A stretch of 64,000 bases of DNA from Nemertoderma westbladi (taxonomy: Eukaryota; Animalia; Xenacoelomorpha): NCBI GenBank assembly GCA_032718475.1, contig JAUCBJ010007930.1:57724-121723 (forward strand), given 5' to 3'. The notes under the pieces are model-generated. The model ran no database searches. It saw nothing but the letters and a program-made list of their open reading frames with translations, and had not been told where the DNA came from. Below are positions 61,708 to 64,000 of the stretch, piece by piece. Every line of letters starts with the position of its first letter. Position 1 is the stretch's first letter. The translations under genes were made by a program, and so were the position numbers.

Positions 61708-63260
61708 CTCCCCCCCATGCTATCTTCCCGGTGAGAAGATAGCATCAACCTCTAGAGTGCGCTTCAATTCCGCTGGAAACCCAATCTACTATCGGGTGTG
61801 GGGTGGAGTTTTTCTTACTTTGGAGTCGGCTTCCCAGGCCGCTCCCTCTGGGTATGATGTCACTACCCTCTCTTGGTGCAACCGCAACCTATGTTGCACC
61901 AAGACATCTGGCGTCTCGGTTTGAGACAATTGTGGATTTTCACACAATTTTAAAAAGCTCTCACTCTGAACTCTGATTTCTCACTCTAACTCTCCTCAAC
62001 TCCACTCTATCTAACTCCACTCCACTCTAACTCCACTCTAACTCCCCACACCTGACTCGCACTCGCCTGCACTCTCTCTCGCCAACAGCTCCTCTCGAAA
62101 CTCCTCTCATACTGCCCTTAAAGGCGCTATCTTATGTTACCCCTGTGCTATCATTCTATCTACTTACTACTTATTTGCGAACTACATACTATCTAACTCT
62201 AATTCTACTAACTCTAACTAGCTCTCTAACTCTACTAACTCTTCTACCTCTACTAACTCCTAAGTCTACTTACTCTCTAACTCCTAACTCTACTAACTCT
62301 CTGACTCCTCTAAGTCTACTAACTCTCTAGCCCTCTAACTAGAACTCTCTAACTCTACCCACTCTTCTAACTACGTGGCGCTTTCGGTGCCCACAACCAC
62401 TCTGTTACTACCTCCATCTACGTGGCGCTTTCGGTGCCCACAACCTCTCTACTACTACTTTCTACGTGGCGCTTACAGTGCCCACAACCCCTCTGCTACT
62501 CGTGGCATGTCAATATACCACACTCCCTTACCCGCCGACTTCTAACGGTACCACGTACCCCTCCACTCCCGTGGTATGTCTATATACCACACTCCCTATA
62601 CCCGCCGACTTCTAACCCTCCCGGTACTACGTACCCTCCTACTCCCGTGGTATCTCTATATACCACACTCCCTATACCCCGCCGACTTCTGACTTAACTT
62701 GACTAACTTCCACTAACTTTCTTACTTACCTACTATCTAACTATCTACTAACTATCTGACTACTAACTTCTTACTTACTATCTAACTTCTATCTAACAAC
62801 TACTACTTTCTAACTTTCTACTTATTTTAATTATTTAATTATTTTTATTATTTTATTTAAATAATTATTTGTGTGGGAAGGGCGTCTCGCCCTCATTCCC
62901 ACCCCCCTCAGTCCAAAATATTGGACGACTAAACATCATCTAACTTCAAGGGCGATTCTTCCAACAGGCACTCTCCCACTGCTCCCCTTGTAGGTCCTGT
63001 AGGATTCGCCACACTCTCCAATTCCAACTCATTAGGAATTGGTTCTCCCTCTTCCGCCACCCTAAAATCGGGTCTCTCCACCGCCTTCTTAACTCCCTCG
63101 TCTCCTGGCATCAAAATGCCACCTCCCACCTTGTTGTCTCCCGGCGGCAGAATGAAAAGAAAGTGAAAGAACAGACAAAACAGAACGTGCAATAGTAATC
63201 CTATCCCTTTCCATCCTGTCTTCTTACTCGACCTTCCCCTTGTCGGTATACCTCTCAACC
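61708..63260 (-). mobile_element. LTR-element internal 3' region (hairpins, purine-rich repeats on the minus strand, short ORF with a hydrophobic segment)
   Basis: Adjacent to the PPT; ctctaact and tacgtggcgcttt repeats; ORF 62929-63258. Confidence 0.5.
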
Positions 63261-64000
63261 GGTGTAAAAGCCTTTGCTGAATTGCCCCGTTATTTTTATT
63301 ATCTTTTACATTAAAATACTTTGTAGTTGATTTAATAAGTGTAAGAGACCGTATTATTGCTGTATCGGTGTTTTTAGAGGATCTAAGACCTATTTCCTCC
63401 GTATGTGTACTGTGAAAGGCATATTTTATGATTCTATGGCAATTCGTGACGCAAAGGGGTGATAGCTACTCTTGAACAGTAGTTACTATGACTACGGTTA
63501 ACAGCTGACATTCATACGTGTTGATTTCCTTTGTTCTACGGCGTCTCTCAGTTCAGTCAGCCAATTAGAGCGTTTTTGTGGCTCCTTGTACAGAAAATTT
63601 CCGAGAAATGACGCAATGCCTATGTGCAGTGTTGACATTCAGTCCTGAGCCAAAGAAAGAACGGCTTGGAAGTTTTTTGTGCTTTACTGTTTTTAGTCTT
63701 ACACTAGTAGGTTTAATTATAAAGGGCATATATCCTTTAACTACCTGACTCATGGAATCACTGCTGACTGATCATACATGCTGACTGCTGAAACATTGCA
63801 AACTCGTAACAATCAGTGTTCAGTTGTTGTTTTATACTGCTATTTACCGTCAGTTCTTCATAATATGGTTGATGAATTATTATATTTGGAATAACGATAA
63901 ATAACCCCGAAACCCAATGTTCTTGATATACCGAAGGTAAGAGAGAAAGGTTACCAATAACGATTGTGACTTATGTTAAAGTGGTTTGAAGTGAATCCAA

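Overview
Eukaryotic (invertebrate metazoan-type), AT-rich, repeat-rich genomic window. Host genes: intronless PINCH/LIMS (5 LIM domains plus a long N-terminal extension), a spliced class-III eIF4E (eIF4E3) and a two-exon caveolin (both only partly visible in the ORF track), head-to-head intronless CCDC97 and PEX19, an intronless PGAM5-like gene lacking the catalytic residues, and a C2H2 zinc-finger gene with a decaying 3' finger array. Repeats: a 9.3-kb 37-bp satellite with higher-order duplications, a 22-bp satellite, an intact CRE-like RT + restriction-like-endonuclease non-LTR retrotransposon, RTE and CR1/L2-like LINE fragments, an LTR-element 3' end, and hAT, Kolobok-like, foldback and SINE elements. 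Two observations stand out. First, the 3' splice site and first codons of eIF4E3 exon 4 are amplified about 28 times as a 44-bp minisatellite of decoy acceptors, most with an in-frame TGA. Second, the CRE-like retrotransposon is bracketed by ~60-bp imperfect inverted repeats. All identifications are by eye from motifs; no database searches were run.
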